From: Octopus vulgaris
Taxonomy: Eukaryota
Length of the DNA: 64,000 nucleotides
Assembly (NCBI GenBank): GCA_951406725.2
Contig: OX597837.1
Span: 11,160,001 to 11,224,000 of the forward strand
Direction of reading: 5' to 3'
This document shows positions 1 to 14,537 of this stretch, piece after piece. The position numbers and the translations under genes were made by a program. Each line of letters begins with the position of its first letter. The stretch's first letter is position 1. The notes beneath the pieces were generated by a model that did not search any database, had not been told where the DNA came from, and saw only the letters and a program-made list of their open reading frames with translations.

Positions 1-180
<180 letters not shown>

Positions 181-272
181 ATATCTATGTAATATATATA
201 TGTGACTTCTTGTGTACCGTTGGCGATTTTTTTCCCTCTGTCTTCCCTTCTCTGGATCTTTCCTTCTCCTAT

Positions 273-307
273 GTTTCCGATGAAGAGCTCCGCTCGAAAC
301 GTTAAAT
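273..307 (+). ncRNA. Minimal type I hammerhead-like motif in a Penelope-type terminal-repeat fragment (about 200-410)
   Basis: gttt-CCGATGA-a-gagc(tcc)gctc-GAAA-cg-TT-aaat. A homologous copy lies on the minus strand at 56634-56668. Confidence 0.55.
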
Positions 308-421
308 CCTCCTTCTTTCCTTCTTTCCTGAGCGTCCAATAATACTATATTTGTTCCACATCCTCGCGTTGTTGTGTTTTTTTGTGCTTTCTTGTATGGA
401 TTAAATTTAACTATATATATA

Positions 422-484
<63 letters not shown>

Positions 485-527
485 CAAGAGAAAGATATAT
501 ATATATATATGTATATATATGTATATA

Positions 528-1375
528 CAGGCTGCGTAAGATAGTTGAGGACAGATTTATGTTTATAAAAAAAACAGATATATAATAACAGGTAATAACT
601 TTATTTATCACAACATGCTATGAGGATAAAAATGAACCTTCTTTTCTCTAATGTTATTCAATAAAGCCACCTTCAGCTCCAACTGCTGTTTCTATAAGAG
701 ATCTAAGTCATCTACCTGTTTGAATCAAGTGGTCCTGGTTCATTTTGGACATTACTCTGACTATGGCAGGTTTCAAAGAATCTTTGGTGTTATGGGTGCG
801 TTCATTGACCTTTCTCTCTCAACAACGTTCCACATGTAATAGTCCAATGGATTGAGATCTGGGAAATTAGGAGGCCAAATGTTAGGGGTTATGTGATCAT
901 GAAAATGTTCAGCTATCCATTCCTGCGTTACTAGAGCCATGTGTGATAATGCGGAGTCTTACTGAAACACCTATGGCCTTTTATTGCATTCACTGTCTAT
1001 CCAGGGCTTAACTATTATTTCCAGGACCTCAATGTAGGTAGCATAGTAAGGCCTTGTGGAAAGAAGTAAGGCGGCATCACATATCCTTCGTTGCTGACAA
1101 CCCCTAAAACCATGATAGTTGCAGGAAAATTTTGTATGTATAACACTTGGAACTTCAGAAAGGTCTGCACATAACCATCAGTCATTTCTTCTGTTAACTT
1201 ATTGATCATAATCAAAGTTTTTCTCGATTTTCAGTTTGTTTAAGAGCCTTTTAGATCTGATGTAGTGATTTTCTTTTGCTTTGTCTGACAAGTTGACCTT
1301 TTCTCGTCATATAAGACTTATATCTGGTGTCCGCGTGGACAACATTTCTGGTTGTCCCTTCTGACACATGGAAAT
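528..1375 (-). mobile_element. Decayed Tc1/mariner-superfamily transposon, DD37D (maT-type) transposase pseudogene
   Basis: Minus strand reads VFQ*DSALSH...IWPPNFPDLNPLDYYMWNVVER, with 37 aa between the 2nd and 3rd Asp. IMVLGVVSNEG lies upstream. There are stops and frameshifts, and a TA|CAGGCTG terminus at 526-534. Confidence 0.85.
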
Positions 1376-1381
1376 ACTAGG

Positions 1382-1444
1382 CTGAAGAAGGAAATATTTG
1401 AGTAAAAATAAAAATTTTACATCTCTTTAATCCAGAAACGCGTA
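1382..1444 (+). ncRNA. Hammerhead-like motif (helix I not evident)
   Basis: CTGAAGA-a-gga...tcc-a-GAAA-cgcg-TA with palindromic helix III (ACGCGT). Confidence 0.4.
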
Positions 1445-1696
1445 TGTGGTTAATAAAAGCTGGGTAGATTCGTTATTTTTTTCTCTTTACCTAGGTAAAA
1501 TAAGAGTATTGCTGTCTGGGAGATATCATATTGTAGAGGAATAGTATTTAACTGCTATTTCTAAATTTCGGTATGTGGTGAAGCAATTTGCTGAACCCTA
1601 ATTATAATTATGCTTATAATTATAGAATTTTTCTATAAATATATATATATGTATGTATATATATAAATATATATATATATATATGTATATATATAA

Positions 1697-1754
<58 letters not shown>

Positions 1755-1967
1755 GCATATATGTATATATATATATATGTAAATACTAAATTTACATACT
1801 AAATTTTAAGTTGAATGCTACATGAAACATCTGCAAGCATGGGAGCTGAATATAGGGAATTTTAAATAATCTATGAATAATTGAATAAATAAATTTTATA
1901 TATATATATATATATATAAATAAATGAAAGAATGGAGTTGAATGACGATTTAACAAATTTCCTTTAT

Positions 1968-2048
1968 TCTCGACATATGTTTCGAAGACTGCATATTCCT
2001 AATTTCGAAGGAATAAGGGGTGCATTATGCCGCCTTCTCATCAGGAAA
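1968..2048 (-). ncRNA. Type I hammerhead ribozyme (left arm copy)
   Basis: Reverse complement of the 2121-2202 motif. Confidence 0.7.
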
Positions 2049-2120
2049 TCGCCATGGACTCCGTGTGGGCAGTCATCTAAAAGTTTTTGTTCATCATGAT
2101 GCTGACATAAGTTCCTTGTC

Positions 2121-2202
2121 TTTCCTGATGAGAAGGCGGCATAATGCACCCATTATTCCTTCGAAATTAGGAATATGCAGTCTTCGAAACATATGTCGAG
2201 AA
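2121..2202 (+). ncRNA. Type I hammerhead ribozyme, canonical core
   Basis: tttc-CTGATGA(2125-2131)-gaag...cttc-GAAA(2186-2189)-catatg-TC-gaga. Helix III ACATATGT is palindromic and the GUC site is at 2195-2197. Confidence 0.75.
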
Positions 2203-2419
2203 TAAAGGAATTTTGTTAAATCATCGTTCAACTCCATTCTTTCATTTATTTGTATTAAAAAAAACACACAAATTTCCACACGAAAGCACATGATCTCTGA
2301 CCTTGGCATGTAGCTTCAACCGTGTTTTTCTGACGTGAATTTGCTACCCGGGTATCGGTTAACCGAATTATCCATACTAGGATAATTCATTCAACTACTT
2401 AAATATTCATATATATATA

Positions 2420-2482
<63 letters not shown>

Positions 2483-2781
2483 AACAAACTAAGGAAAGAA
2501 ATTAGTTCAAACTGTGTAAAACATCCAATTCTCTGGCACCTCAATGAATTTTGGGTTTTAATATTTTTTATGTTATATTATATTCATATTATATTATAGT
2601 ATATTATAATATAAATAGATTGTTAGATTGTCAATTGAATCTGTTTTTAATCCATTGTTCATATATATATACATATATATATATATCAATGATAAAATTA
2701 TAATATAAATAATATTATAATAATTATTATAATATATGTAATCTTATAATATATTATAATATAAATAAATATCTTTTTAAC

Positions 2782-2819
<38 letters not shown>

Positions 2820-2984
2820 TATATATAACATATTATAATATATATATATATATACATATAATAATTATTATAATCTGTTATATATAATATATATAATATA
2901 TATATAATATCAAAAAATAAATTGTTGCCGTTCATCAGACAGTTTTTAGAGATTGTCAATTGAATCTTTTTAATTCATTGTTTA

Positions 2985-3090
<106 letters not shown>

Positions 3091-3471
3091 CATATATATA
3101 TATACATATATATATATATACATATATATATATAAATATATATGTTTATATATCAATGATAACAATAACTTTAGGCGACTGTCTTCCCTCTATCAAAGCA
3201 GAGTATTAAGTGTTGTCTTTAGTCTTTCAAGCGGAAAAAAAAAACAAAATGGTGCCGAGGTGTAATACAAACGATCTCAAAAAGATGAAGTCAATTGAAA
3301 ATTATTCTGATTGGTAGTTGCTTAATGCTACGAAGTCATGTGTTTGTGTATTTGCGTGTGACATTCAAAATGGCAGCCACTCTCCTCTTTGTATTCTTCA
3401 CACGAACAACGAACATTTACTGTTTGAGTTGCAAACATTTCTATGGCACTAGCTGCTACTGTTGCTGCTGC

Positions 3472-3598
<127 letters not shown>

Positions 3599-3687
3599 GC
3601 TGCTTCGTTAAATATATAATATATGTACATATATACATTTTGCATTATATATATATACGTATGAATATATGTATATGCCTATCTGTA

Positions 3688-3750
<63 letters not shown>

Positions 3751-3929
3751 TTGTATATATATATTTTTATATATATATATGTATATATATATATATAAAT
3801 ATACACACACAAATATATATATATATCTACATACATATATAGATGCACGTATATATATATATATGTATATGTATCTATATATATATAAATATACACACAC
3901 AAATATATATATGTATATATATATATATC

Positions 3930-3968
<39 letters not shown>

Positions 3969-3991
3969 TATGTACACACTTTCTTCATATA

Positions 3992-4028
<37 letters not shown>

Positions 4029-4610
4029 TTGTGTGTGTTTGTGTCTGCAGAGAATAATGTGAAAAATGGAATAAGAACACGGATTAAGCAACGATAAAGG
4101 CGCATGAATGGAGATTGAGAAGCATTCGTTGTGGAAATTTCGGTCAACATGATTTCAAGTTAAACAAATTAAACTTGTTTTGAGGCATGTCGTGAGTAAT
4201 ACGACTGGTGCCTCTTCTACTGCAACTGGTTCTACTGATGCTGTTGTTGATTCTAATATCTTCACTTGTTTATAAAATTTCTAAGAATTTTGACGGCATC
4301 GATATGCTATGAAATGAACGGAGAAAAACGGTTAAGTGCAAATGACGTTTCTAGTCTCTCACTTTGAGATTCTTTCATCCGAACGACTTCAAAAAAAAAA
4401 AAAAAATTTAAAAAAAATGAAGAATTTCGGACGTGTCCAATTACAGTTCTTTATTTAATGGATTTGCTAATAGAATTATTCGAAATTAAATGAATTCCAA
4501 AGTGCCTTGATGCGATTTTTTCTCTAATTAATCCCGGCATTGATTTTTACACTGTTTTAACATTATTCCTTAACCCTCTGAGATATCTTAATTTTTGTCT
4601 GAATTTTCTA

Positions 4611-4816
4611 CTTGCTTCAGTCATTTTTGACTGCGTCCATGCTGGGGCACCACCTTGAAGGGTTTCCAGTCGAACAAGTCATCATCAGGACATATTGTTT
4701 TAAAGCCTAGTACTTATTTTATAAGTTTCTTTTGCCGAACCGCTAAGTTACGGGGACATAAACGCACCATCACCGATTGTCGAGCGGTGGTATCGGACAA
4801 ACACAAACACAAAAAG

Positions 4817-4863
<47 letters not shown>

Positions 4864-5021
4864 CAGGTTTCTTTCAATTTTCGCCTACTAAATCCACTAA
4901 CAAAGCTTTGGTTGGCCCCAGACTATATTTGAAGACACTTGTCGAAGGTGCCATGCAGTGGGACTGAACCAGCAACCATGTGGCTGAAAAGTAAGCGTCT
5001 TAACACACAACCACACCTACG
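4611..5021 (-). mobile_element. SINE family A, diverged copy
   Basis: Similar to 22818-23215 in reverse orientation. Confidence 0.8.
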
Positions 5022-5120
5022 TATATTCATGAACATCGATGCTTAAGACATAAAACCGTAATGGGAATGTCTTTAATTTTCAAAGAGCCTTAGTCCATCC
5101 AAAATAAGATTCTTTCTCAA

Positions 5121-5370
5121 CTAATACCGGATCATAAGGACCAGTTTCCCGGTTTCCCTGGCGTATACATTCTCCCCCTGGATGGGACTACTTATTTTTG
5201 CTAGCTGAGTGGACTGGAGGAACATGAAATAAAATATTTTGCTCAAGAAACCAACGTAAAATGAAGTGTTTTGCTCAAGAATCCAACGCGTCATCCGGGC
5301 CAGGAATCGAAACCACAATCTTACTATCAAGCGCTCAACACCTTAACCACTAAGCCACGTGCCTCCACCT
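5121..5370 (-). mobile_element. tRNA-derived SINE family C
   Basis: Head GGAGGCACGTGGCTTAGTGGTTAAGG...GGTTTCGATTCC (A and B boxes); related pieces near 12810-12945 and 57948-58008. Confidence 0.65.
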
Positions 5371-5527
5371 TATTCCACACGGGGCCGTCTCACCAGCGTT
5401 ATAAGCACCCGCGAAAATCTATGCACTGAACCCATTATAGTATTTAGTTATTGAAATCTAGTCACAGCATACTTTGATCAAATTTGGGCCCCTGGATCCA
5501 TGAAGGCCCCGGGGCAACAACCCTCTA

Positions 5528-5927
5528 TTCTTTTTTTATTCTTTTACTTGTTTCAGTCATTTGACTGCGGCCATGCTGGAGCACCGCCTTTAGTCGAGTA
5601 AATCGACCCCGGGACTTATTCTTTGTAAGCCCAGTACTTATTCTATCGGTCTCTTTTGCCGAACCGCTAAGTGACGGGGATGTAAACACACCAGCATCGG
5701 TTGTCAAGCAATGCTAGGGGGACAAACACAGACATACACACACACACACACATATATATATATACATATATACGACAGGCTTCTTTCAGTTTCCCTCTAC
5801 CAAATCCACTCACAAGGCATTGGTCGGCCCGGGGCTATAGCAGAAGACACTTGCCCAAGATGCCACGCAGTGGGACTGAACCCGGAACCATGTGGTTGGT
5901 TAGCAAGCTACTTACCACACAGCCACT
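5528..5927 (-). mobile_element. SINE family A
   Basis: Near-full copy with internal (TA)/(TG) microsatellite. Confidence 0.9.
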
Positions 5928-6525
5928 CATTGCCAATATTTAAAAAAAGGTACTGATTCCACCCAAAAACAAGACTAGAGGAAGAATCACACATTAAGGA
6001 GACAGTTCGTTAAAAATTTAGCTGTTGCTGCTGTTAATACAAAAAACATGGAGTCGATTTAAAACGCTTTACTAGTTCTTGTTCATTAATAATGTTACTA
6101 AATCCAGAAACAGTCTGTCCAGATTCCGTCGCCATGTTTTCATTTCTCAACAGCGGGACATTAATCGAATGAAGTCGAGCAAATTTAAATTTCAAACCTG
6201 TTTGACACTTTTCATTTACTCAGCGAATAAAGAATGATACGAAGCCAAACAAACTGCGCGCAGACGACAAGAACACTATGCTACTTAGAGACGACATAGC
6301 ACAAGACCATCGATTGATTGTGTTGTCATAGCAAATCAACCACATGATCTCTCTCCAAACATAGACACAAGATGACAGGAACAGTAAGATATGTAAGAGC
6401 TTCTCTAGTATTCGGGAAATGAAACGCTATACTGTTGTTGCGATCTGAATTTCAATGAAAATTCCGTCTCTAAGACATCACAGTCTTCTTTAGAAGAGGG
6501 ATCACTTAATCTCTCTCTCTCTCTC

Positions 6526-6592
<67 letters not shown>

Positions 6593-6718
6593 TCACGGAG
6601 ATGTACTTGCATAGCAAGTGACCTGATCTGAGATCGTGTACTGGAACGAAAACAATTGCAGCGTGGAAGGTGTTTTTGTGCGTTTCTTAAATGGCTTATA
6701 AACACCTTCCCTGCTGCA

Positions 6719-6768
<50 letters not shown>

Positions 6769-6769
<1 letters not shown>

Positions 6770-6880
6770 TGCTTCACCACATATCGAAATTTAGAAATAG
6801 CAGTTAAATATTATTCCAGAATAGTATTTACTGAATAGTATTTAACTGCTATTTCTAAATTTCCGTATGTGGTCAAGCAA
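6769..6880. repeat. Short fold-back with about 48-bp arms next to (TA)n
   Basis: ttgcttcaccacatatcgaaatttagaaatagcagttaaata pairs with tatttaactgctatttctaaatttccgtatgtggtcaagcaa; the same sequence occurs at about 1540-1640. Confidence 0.75.
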
Positions 6881-7025
6881 TTTTGCTTAACCCTAATTAT
6901 AATTATGTTTATAATTATAATAATTTTTGTATAAGTTTATTGATAATGGTTCTCTTAACATACCGAACTACTTGCTAAGATTATTAATTATAAATTGATT
7001 AATCAATTGTACCCTTCATTATTAT

Positions 7026-7069
<44 letters not shown>

Positions 7070-7263
7070 GATAAATTAATGAAAGACACAAAAAAAACAG
7101 GAATTACACAATCACTATCATTAGCTTACAGCTGTTTCTTTGAAGGAAGCGTGCTTTGTAGGCTGAGTGCCAATGCCACACCATATATCCATTTTAACGA
7201 AGTGCTCGTTCTTTCCACACACACACACGCACACACATATTTATATATGTATGTATGTGAGTA

Positions 7264-7300
<37 letters not shown>

Positions 7301-7832
7301 GAGAGAGAGAGGGTGAGAGAGAGAGAGAGAGAGCGGGAAGACAGACAAAAAGAGAGAATGTGTGTGCATGAGGGAGAGAGAGAGATACGTCATGGGTGAG
7401 TAGTTAGGTAATTCGCTTCGTAATCATGAAGTCCTGGCTTCGATCTTACCATGTGGCGTCTCGGGTAGCTGCATTCGCCATAGGTTTGGGTCGACTTTGT
7501 GAATGAATCTGGTCAGACGGAAACCGTACTGAAGCTTGCCGGGTGTAATGTACCTTTCATTCAAAGATCTGGCCTTGCCACTCACTGTCATTCTGATTCT
7601 ACCTGAAGATATTTGGCGTCGCTGATTCAACGCTGACTTATTTGACTTTTAATGTTTTTTCTCGTTTTAATGTTTTTCTCGTTCTCTGCCCCTCCATTCC
7701 GTCTTTGAGCATATTCCATTTCATGAACATATTCCTTCCTCTGCCCCTCCCCTCTGTGTTTGAAAATATACCTTTTTATAGGTTTGAGGAGACGGAAAGA
7801 ATTTATGCGAACCGTGTTCGATTAATAAATTG

Positions 7833-7870
<38 letters not shown>

Positions 7871-7873
7871 GCG

Positions 7874-7917
<44 letters not shown>

Positions 7918-8256
7918 ACACACACACATTGTTTCTGCTCATGCACGCGTGTGTGTGTGTGTGTTTGTCTCCAGCACCAAAAAACTCCATCCATCAATCG
8001 GAGAACAAATGTGAAAGTAGCCATTACTCGACTCGCCTTGCTTTTACAATAATTAGTCGGGCTTTTAGGGCTGGAAATAAAATTAGACTTGTGGTGTTTC
8101 GGTACATTAAGGGAGGCAATATAAGTGGTGGCTGGTTCCCTTCTACCTTCGTGTCCACGTCTTTGCATGCTTTTACCGTTATAAGTGCTGGGGTTAAACA
8201 GTCGTTTCAAATGTGGTTTGCTTGAGTCATGAGTGAGAATATGGACTTTAGGTCCG

Positions 8257-9285
8257 CCTCCTCTTCCTCCCGTTCCTCCTCCTGTTCCTCCTCCTCCTGT
8301 TCCTCCTCCTCCTGTACCTCCTCTTCCTGTACCTCCTCCTCCAGTTCCTCTTCTTGTTCCTGTTCTTCCTGTTCCTCCTGTTCCTCCTCCTCCTCCTGTT
8401 CCTCATGTTCCTTCTCCCCCTGTTCTTCCTGTTCTTCCTCTTCCTCCTCCTCCTCCTCTTCTTCCTCCTCCTCCTCCTCTTCTTCCTCCTCCTCCTCCTC
8501 CTGTACATCCTCTTCCTGTACCTCCTCCTCCAGTTCCTCTTCTTGTTCCTGTTCTTCCTGTTCCTCCTGTTCCTCCTCCTCCTCCTCCTGTTCCTTCTCC
8601 CCCTGTTCCTCCTGTTCTTCCTCTTACTCCTCCACCTCCTCTTCTTCCTCCTCCTCCTCCTCCTGTACATCCTCTTCCTGTACCTCCTCCTCCAGTTCCT
8701 CTTCTTGTTCCTGTTCTTCCTGTTCCTTCTGTTCCTCCTCCCTGTTCCTCCTCCTCCTGTTCCTCCTCCCCCTGTTCCTCCTGTTCTTCCTCTTCCTCCT
8801 CCACCTCCTGTTCCATCTCCCCCTCTTCTTCCTTCTCTTCTTCCTCCTGCTCATCCACCTCCTCTTTATCATCGTCATATGCTTCAATATCAGCAACTTC
8901 GTCTTTGTCGTTTCCTCTTGCTGTTCCTCTTCCTCCTCCTCCTCCTCCTCCTCATCATCATCATCATCATCATTGCCACCTTGGTCATCATTGTCGTCAT
9001 CTCATTATCATCTCCTCCACCTTTCCTTTTAATCAACTTCGTTTTCGTTTTCCTCCTCCTCCACCTTCACCTTCATCGTGTTTTCCTCCTCCCCCTCATC
9101 TTCATGTTGATGTTCTTTTCTATTTATCCTTTCTTATTTGTCTTCTTCTTCATCTTCTTCTTCTTCTTCTCCTCATTCTTCTTCTTCTTCTTCTTCTTCT
9201 TCTTCTTCTTCTCCTCCTCCTCCTCCCACTTCTCCCCCTCCTCCTCCCCTCCCCTCCTCCTCCTCATCCCCCCACCTCGTCCTCT
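8257..9285. repeat. Polypyrimidine low-complexity tract (CCT/CTT/CCTGTT) with internal block duplications
   Basis: A block starting cctcctcctgtac recurs near 8305, 8495 and 8657; open in all frames. Confidence 0.9.
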
Positions 9286-9530
9286 AAATTAACAATATGT
9301 CTTTCAACGCAGAGAAAATAACGGAATTGCTGAACACAATCCACCAACTCAAAAACTTCGGATTAATGAATAAATAAATCACAAAGAAACAATAATTATA
9401 TACTGTAGAGACTTGCAAGGAATTCTACCCTCCAGAAATGACCTACCCTACAATCAGTAGACTCATCTGATCAATAATCGATATATTCTAATCATTATAT
9501 ATATATATGTATGTATATACATGTACATAA

Positions 9531-9589
<59 letters not shown>

Positions 9590-9636
9590 TATATATGTAT
9601 ATATATATACATGTATATATATATATATATACTCAA

Positions 9637-9686
<50 letters not shown>

Positions 9687-9855
9687 GTATAATTTATATA
9701 TACATATTAATTTATATTTACATATTCATACACGCACACACACATATATATATCTATCTACCTGTGTGTGTTAATGACTGCTTTTTCTCTCTGTATCATC
9801 GAATTTCCTCTTCCTTCCATCACACCAACTATCTATACTGCTCCCGCCTACTAAC

Positions 9856-9938
<83 letters not shown>

Positions 9939-9966
9939 CTCTCTGTCTCTGTCTGTCCCTCCTTCT

Positions 9967-10005
<39 letters not shown>

Positions 10006-10763
10006 CACTTATTTCTTCGAGTTTCGGTAAAATTCCGCACACACAAAACTGACGTTCTCGAAGCTGCAGTACAAAGATTCACTTAGGGTACCAAACGGCG
10101 GGATCGAAACAGCGATCGTTAGGTTCTGTAAACACCTACTTACCCATGCATGCAGCCATATCTGCTCTAAATCCTCTCTCAACAATCTGTTCCAGAAAGA
10201 TAAATAAAATTCCACGAGACTTTTATTTGCATGTGTAAATATTGATTACGTCGACATTGTCCCCTTCATCATCGTCTGAACGAATGTTTGTCATTGACAA
10301 ACCCCTGTGTAATATTCATAGCAGATACTCGCTATCTTAAATATAATATCGGAATGAAAATATTTATTAATAAAATACGTTGGTGGAATATGTAAATAAA
10401 AAAGAACAACAACGAAAAACACACGAGAAATTCATAAAAGAATATCTAAATTTGAAATTACTTAAATATGTTCTAAGATAACATAGGGAGTTTATCGCAG
10501 GGAATTCTATAAAGATATTATATTCTGTAGCTATTTATATTGTCTTAGCAATCAAGGCTATGGTACAGAATGGGCTTGAAATTTGGTATCGGATTGTAGA
10601 ATTGTTATAAAAATTATTGCGTCCTCAGCGATTAATTTTGGATCGTCTAACGTTTTACTTTTAGCAAAGACAGGTAACTATACTACAGCAAATCATGACA
10701 TAGCATATAATTTCAACATTAATATAGCGAATTGTTGTTCATTGAAAAAAAAATTAACCGTAT

Positions 10764-11510
<747 letters not shown>

Positions 11511-11599
11511 TCCTATCATAGTGGGTGCATTTGGTATTATAAAAAAATATTCAGACAAAATACATAACAAAAACACCAGGACTAACAAGTATATATACA

Positions 11600-11985
11600 T
11601 TTCTTTATTGCCCACAAGGGGCTAAACATACAGGGGACAAACAAGGACAGACAAAGGGATTAGTCGATTATATCGACCCAGTGCGTAACTGGTACTTTAT
11701 TTATCGACCCCGTGAAGATGAAAGGCATAAGTCGAATAATAATTTGATAATAATAATAGTGACAGACGAAATACCGCTAAGCATTTCGTCCGGCGCGCTA
11801 ACGTTTCTGCCAGCTCGCCGCCTTCATAATAAAATAGCACTATTGGGCACTGCATAATCCTACGTAATAATAAGCACTTTCAATACAGTAACCATAATGA
11901 GCATCATAACAAACCACAGCACATAGCCAAGGCACACAATGCGCTCGGTAGTGAAGTGAAAGCATGATGATGAATAATAAAACAA

Positions 11986-12083
<98 letters not shown>

Positions 12084-12086
12084 GTA

Positions 12087-12117
<31 letters not shown>

Positions 12118-12808
12118 TTCTTTCTACTATAGGCACAAAGCCTGAAATTTTGGGGAGGAGACCAGTCGATTACATCGAGCCTAGTTTTTTTACTGGCTCT
12201 TATTTAATTAACCATGAAAGGATAGGATGAAAGGTAAAGTTGACCTCGACGGAATTTGAACTCAGAGCGTAAAGACGGACGAAATACCGCTAAGTAGTTT
12301 GCCCGGCGTGCTAACGATTCTGCCAGCTCACTGTCTAATAATAATAATCCTTTGTACTATAGGTAGAAAGTCTGAAATTTTGGGGAAGGGGACCAGTCGA
12401 TTAGATCGACCTCAGTAAGTAACTGGTACTTAATTTATCGACCCCGAAAGGATGAAAAGCAAAATCGACCTCGGCGGAATTTGAACTTAGCAGCAGACGA
12501 AATACCTATTTCTTTACTACCCACAAGGGGCTAAATACAGAGAGGACAAACAAGGACAGACAAACGGATTAAGCCGATGAGATCGACCTCAGTGCGTAAC
12601 TGGTACTTAATTTATCGACCCCGAAAGGATGAAAGGCAAAGTCGACCTCGGCGGAATTTGAACTCAGAACGTAGCAGCAGACGAAATACCTATTTCTTTA
12701 CTACCCACAAGGGGCTAAATATAGAGAGGACAAACAAGGACAGACAAACGGATTAAGTCGATTAGATCGACCCCAGTGCGTAACTGGTACTTAATTTGTC
12801 GACCCCGG
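11600..12808 (-). mobile_element. Cluster of SINE family B copies, including a tandem multimer at 12350-12808
   Basis: Core GCCTTTCATCCTTTCGGGGTCGATAAATTAAGTACCAG on the minus strand resembles the Meta-SINE central domain. Confidence 0.85.
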
Positions 12809-13149
12809 AACTCTTTCATAGTTGAGTGGCTCGAAGTGAAACGAAGTTTTTTTTATTAAAGAACACAACGTGCAGCACCTGGTCCAGGAGTGGAAGTTAT
12901 GATTTTATGATCTTCAGTGTAAAACTCTCACCCATAAGCCACGTAACTTCATAAAAATAAAAGAAAGGAAGAAAAGAAACAAAAAAGGGGGGAAATATTT
13001 AGCAATCTTTATTGGATTCCAGAACGGAAAAACTAAAACAAAAATGAAAATGAAATTGGGGACACATGTCATCGAATTGCAACATAAAAGAAAATTGAGA
13101 TTAAAAAGGAGAAAACAAAATGAAAAAATGAACAAAAAATAAAAAGGCT

Positions 13150-13870
13150 TCTGAAACGAGATCCTCGCGAGATCACACTATTAATTTCAGAAGCGTCAAC
13201 ACTTCTTGAAACAAAGCAATTCATGTTGAGTCCAAAGCGATTTTACCGAGAACTTGATGAAAACAAAACAGAAATTATGGAATGAAGGGCCAATAGCAAA
13301 TAGTAGAAGGGTTGGCAGGAATGAAATCGATCAACAGAGATAATCAACGCCACACAACCTGTGAATGTTTAAAACTGAGAACGTTCAAAACAACCAGAAT
13401 AACACTTGAGATGAAATGGCAACGAGAAAAAAGAAATCTCGGATGATGCAAAAGAATGAACAAGTGGAAAGCACTCAGGAATGGCAACATTTTGAGCCTC
13501 CGGTTAAAATATCGAAGAGGTTGTTTTAAGAGCTCATACAAAGATATTCAGAGGGAAAAAAAAAGATAAAATAAATCTTAACCAGAATCATTTGAAGGAT
13601 AAAATATTTTGCCTCACAATCTGTCAAGAAAAAGAAAAAGGAAGAAAAGGAAAGAATTGGCACAGATACACATCCTACTTGCACTATAAAGCACCGTACG
13701 CTGTAAGGTACCATAATATTGTTGGATACTTGTTTAGCAATAGAGAAACACTTCCAGAAAAATAAACAAAAGACGATAGAGGCTGTGAAGTGAAGTCGTA
13801 CACGGAATGAAACGATTAAACGCAGCTGTTTGAACGTTAATTTAACAAAATTTGATAACATTTTATGTAA
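13150..13870 (+). pseudogene. Possible highly decayed non-LTR RT remnant (R4-clade-like)
   Basis: Broken frames give KQFMLSPKRFYREL and KRMNKWKALRNGNILSLRLKY, loosely like the NWKAPGxDGI motif. Confidence 0.3.
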
Positions 13871-14100
13871 CAAAAATATACATATTTTTGTCTTTGTTCA
13901 TTAAGTGTTATTTCCTCTTCGCTTCTATCTGGAAATCAAAAGAAATGTCTACTATTCCCTTCAAACTTTGCTTTTTTGACCTGGACATGAAATGTTTTGA
14001 AACTGACCTATTGTCCATTACATTTCAGATATTCAGCACTAAGTCGCTGAATTTCAGAAATATCATTATAGTAAATATTCGGCTCAGTACCACAGATTAG

Positions 14101-14537
14101 TTTGTCAGTTGCCACAGTCGAACCAATTCTACTATATGGCTCAGAAACCTGGACGTTATCAAAGAAGCTTGAGAGGCGGTTGGATGGAACCTACACTCGC
14201 CTCCTTATGAGAGCTCAAAGTCTCTCGTGGAGGCGCCATCCAACCAAAATGCAAATGTATGGGAAACTACCACCTGTGTCATCTCTTGTGAAAGGTAGGA
14301 GAGTCCAGTTTGCTGGACATTGTTGTAGAGCTGAAAAAGAAGTAATTTCTACTCTTCTCCTCTGGAAGCCATCTACTCGCAATACCAGAGGGCGCACACT
14401 CTCCTACTCTGATGTAATCTCCAGGGATACAGGCATCCAGCAACAGGACCTGCGTAATGCCATGATGGACCGTGAAGTCTGGCGTAGCATGGTAAATTCC
14501 ATTGTCTCGACCACGGTCGAACAATGATGATGATGAT
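14101..14537 (+). mobile_element. RTE-clade LINE 3' fragment (ORF 14102-14527) with (TGA)n tail
   Basis: LLYGSETW, RVQFAGH, GRTLSY..VI.RD and DREVWR motifs; short tandem-repeat tail immediately after the stop. Confidence 0.9.

Larger units (their letters stand above)
1918..2251. mobile_element. Fold-back insertion with about 130-bp arms (1918-2048 and 2121-2251), each carrying a hammerhead
   Basis: Arms are near-identical reverse complements with a 72-bp spacer; the left end abuts (TA)n. Confidence 0.85.

Noticed and set aside
6455-6500. Hammerhead-like CTAAAGA...GAGAC on the minus strand
   Set aside because: Both core boxes are mutated and there is no helix I or III
7120-7145. GAAA-cagctg-TA half-hammerhead on the minus strand
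   Set aside because: No CUGANGA box found upstream
8229-9321. Long Pro-, Ser- or Leu-rich ORFs resembling extensin or formin
   Set aside because: Open in all frames on both strands because the CCT/CTT repeat lacks stops; no non-repetitive domain or splice context
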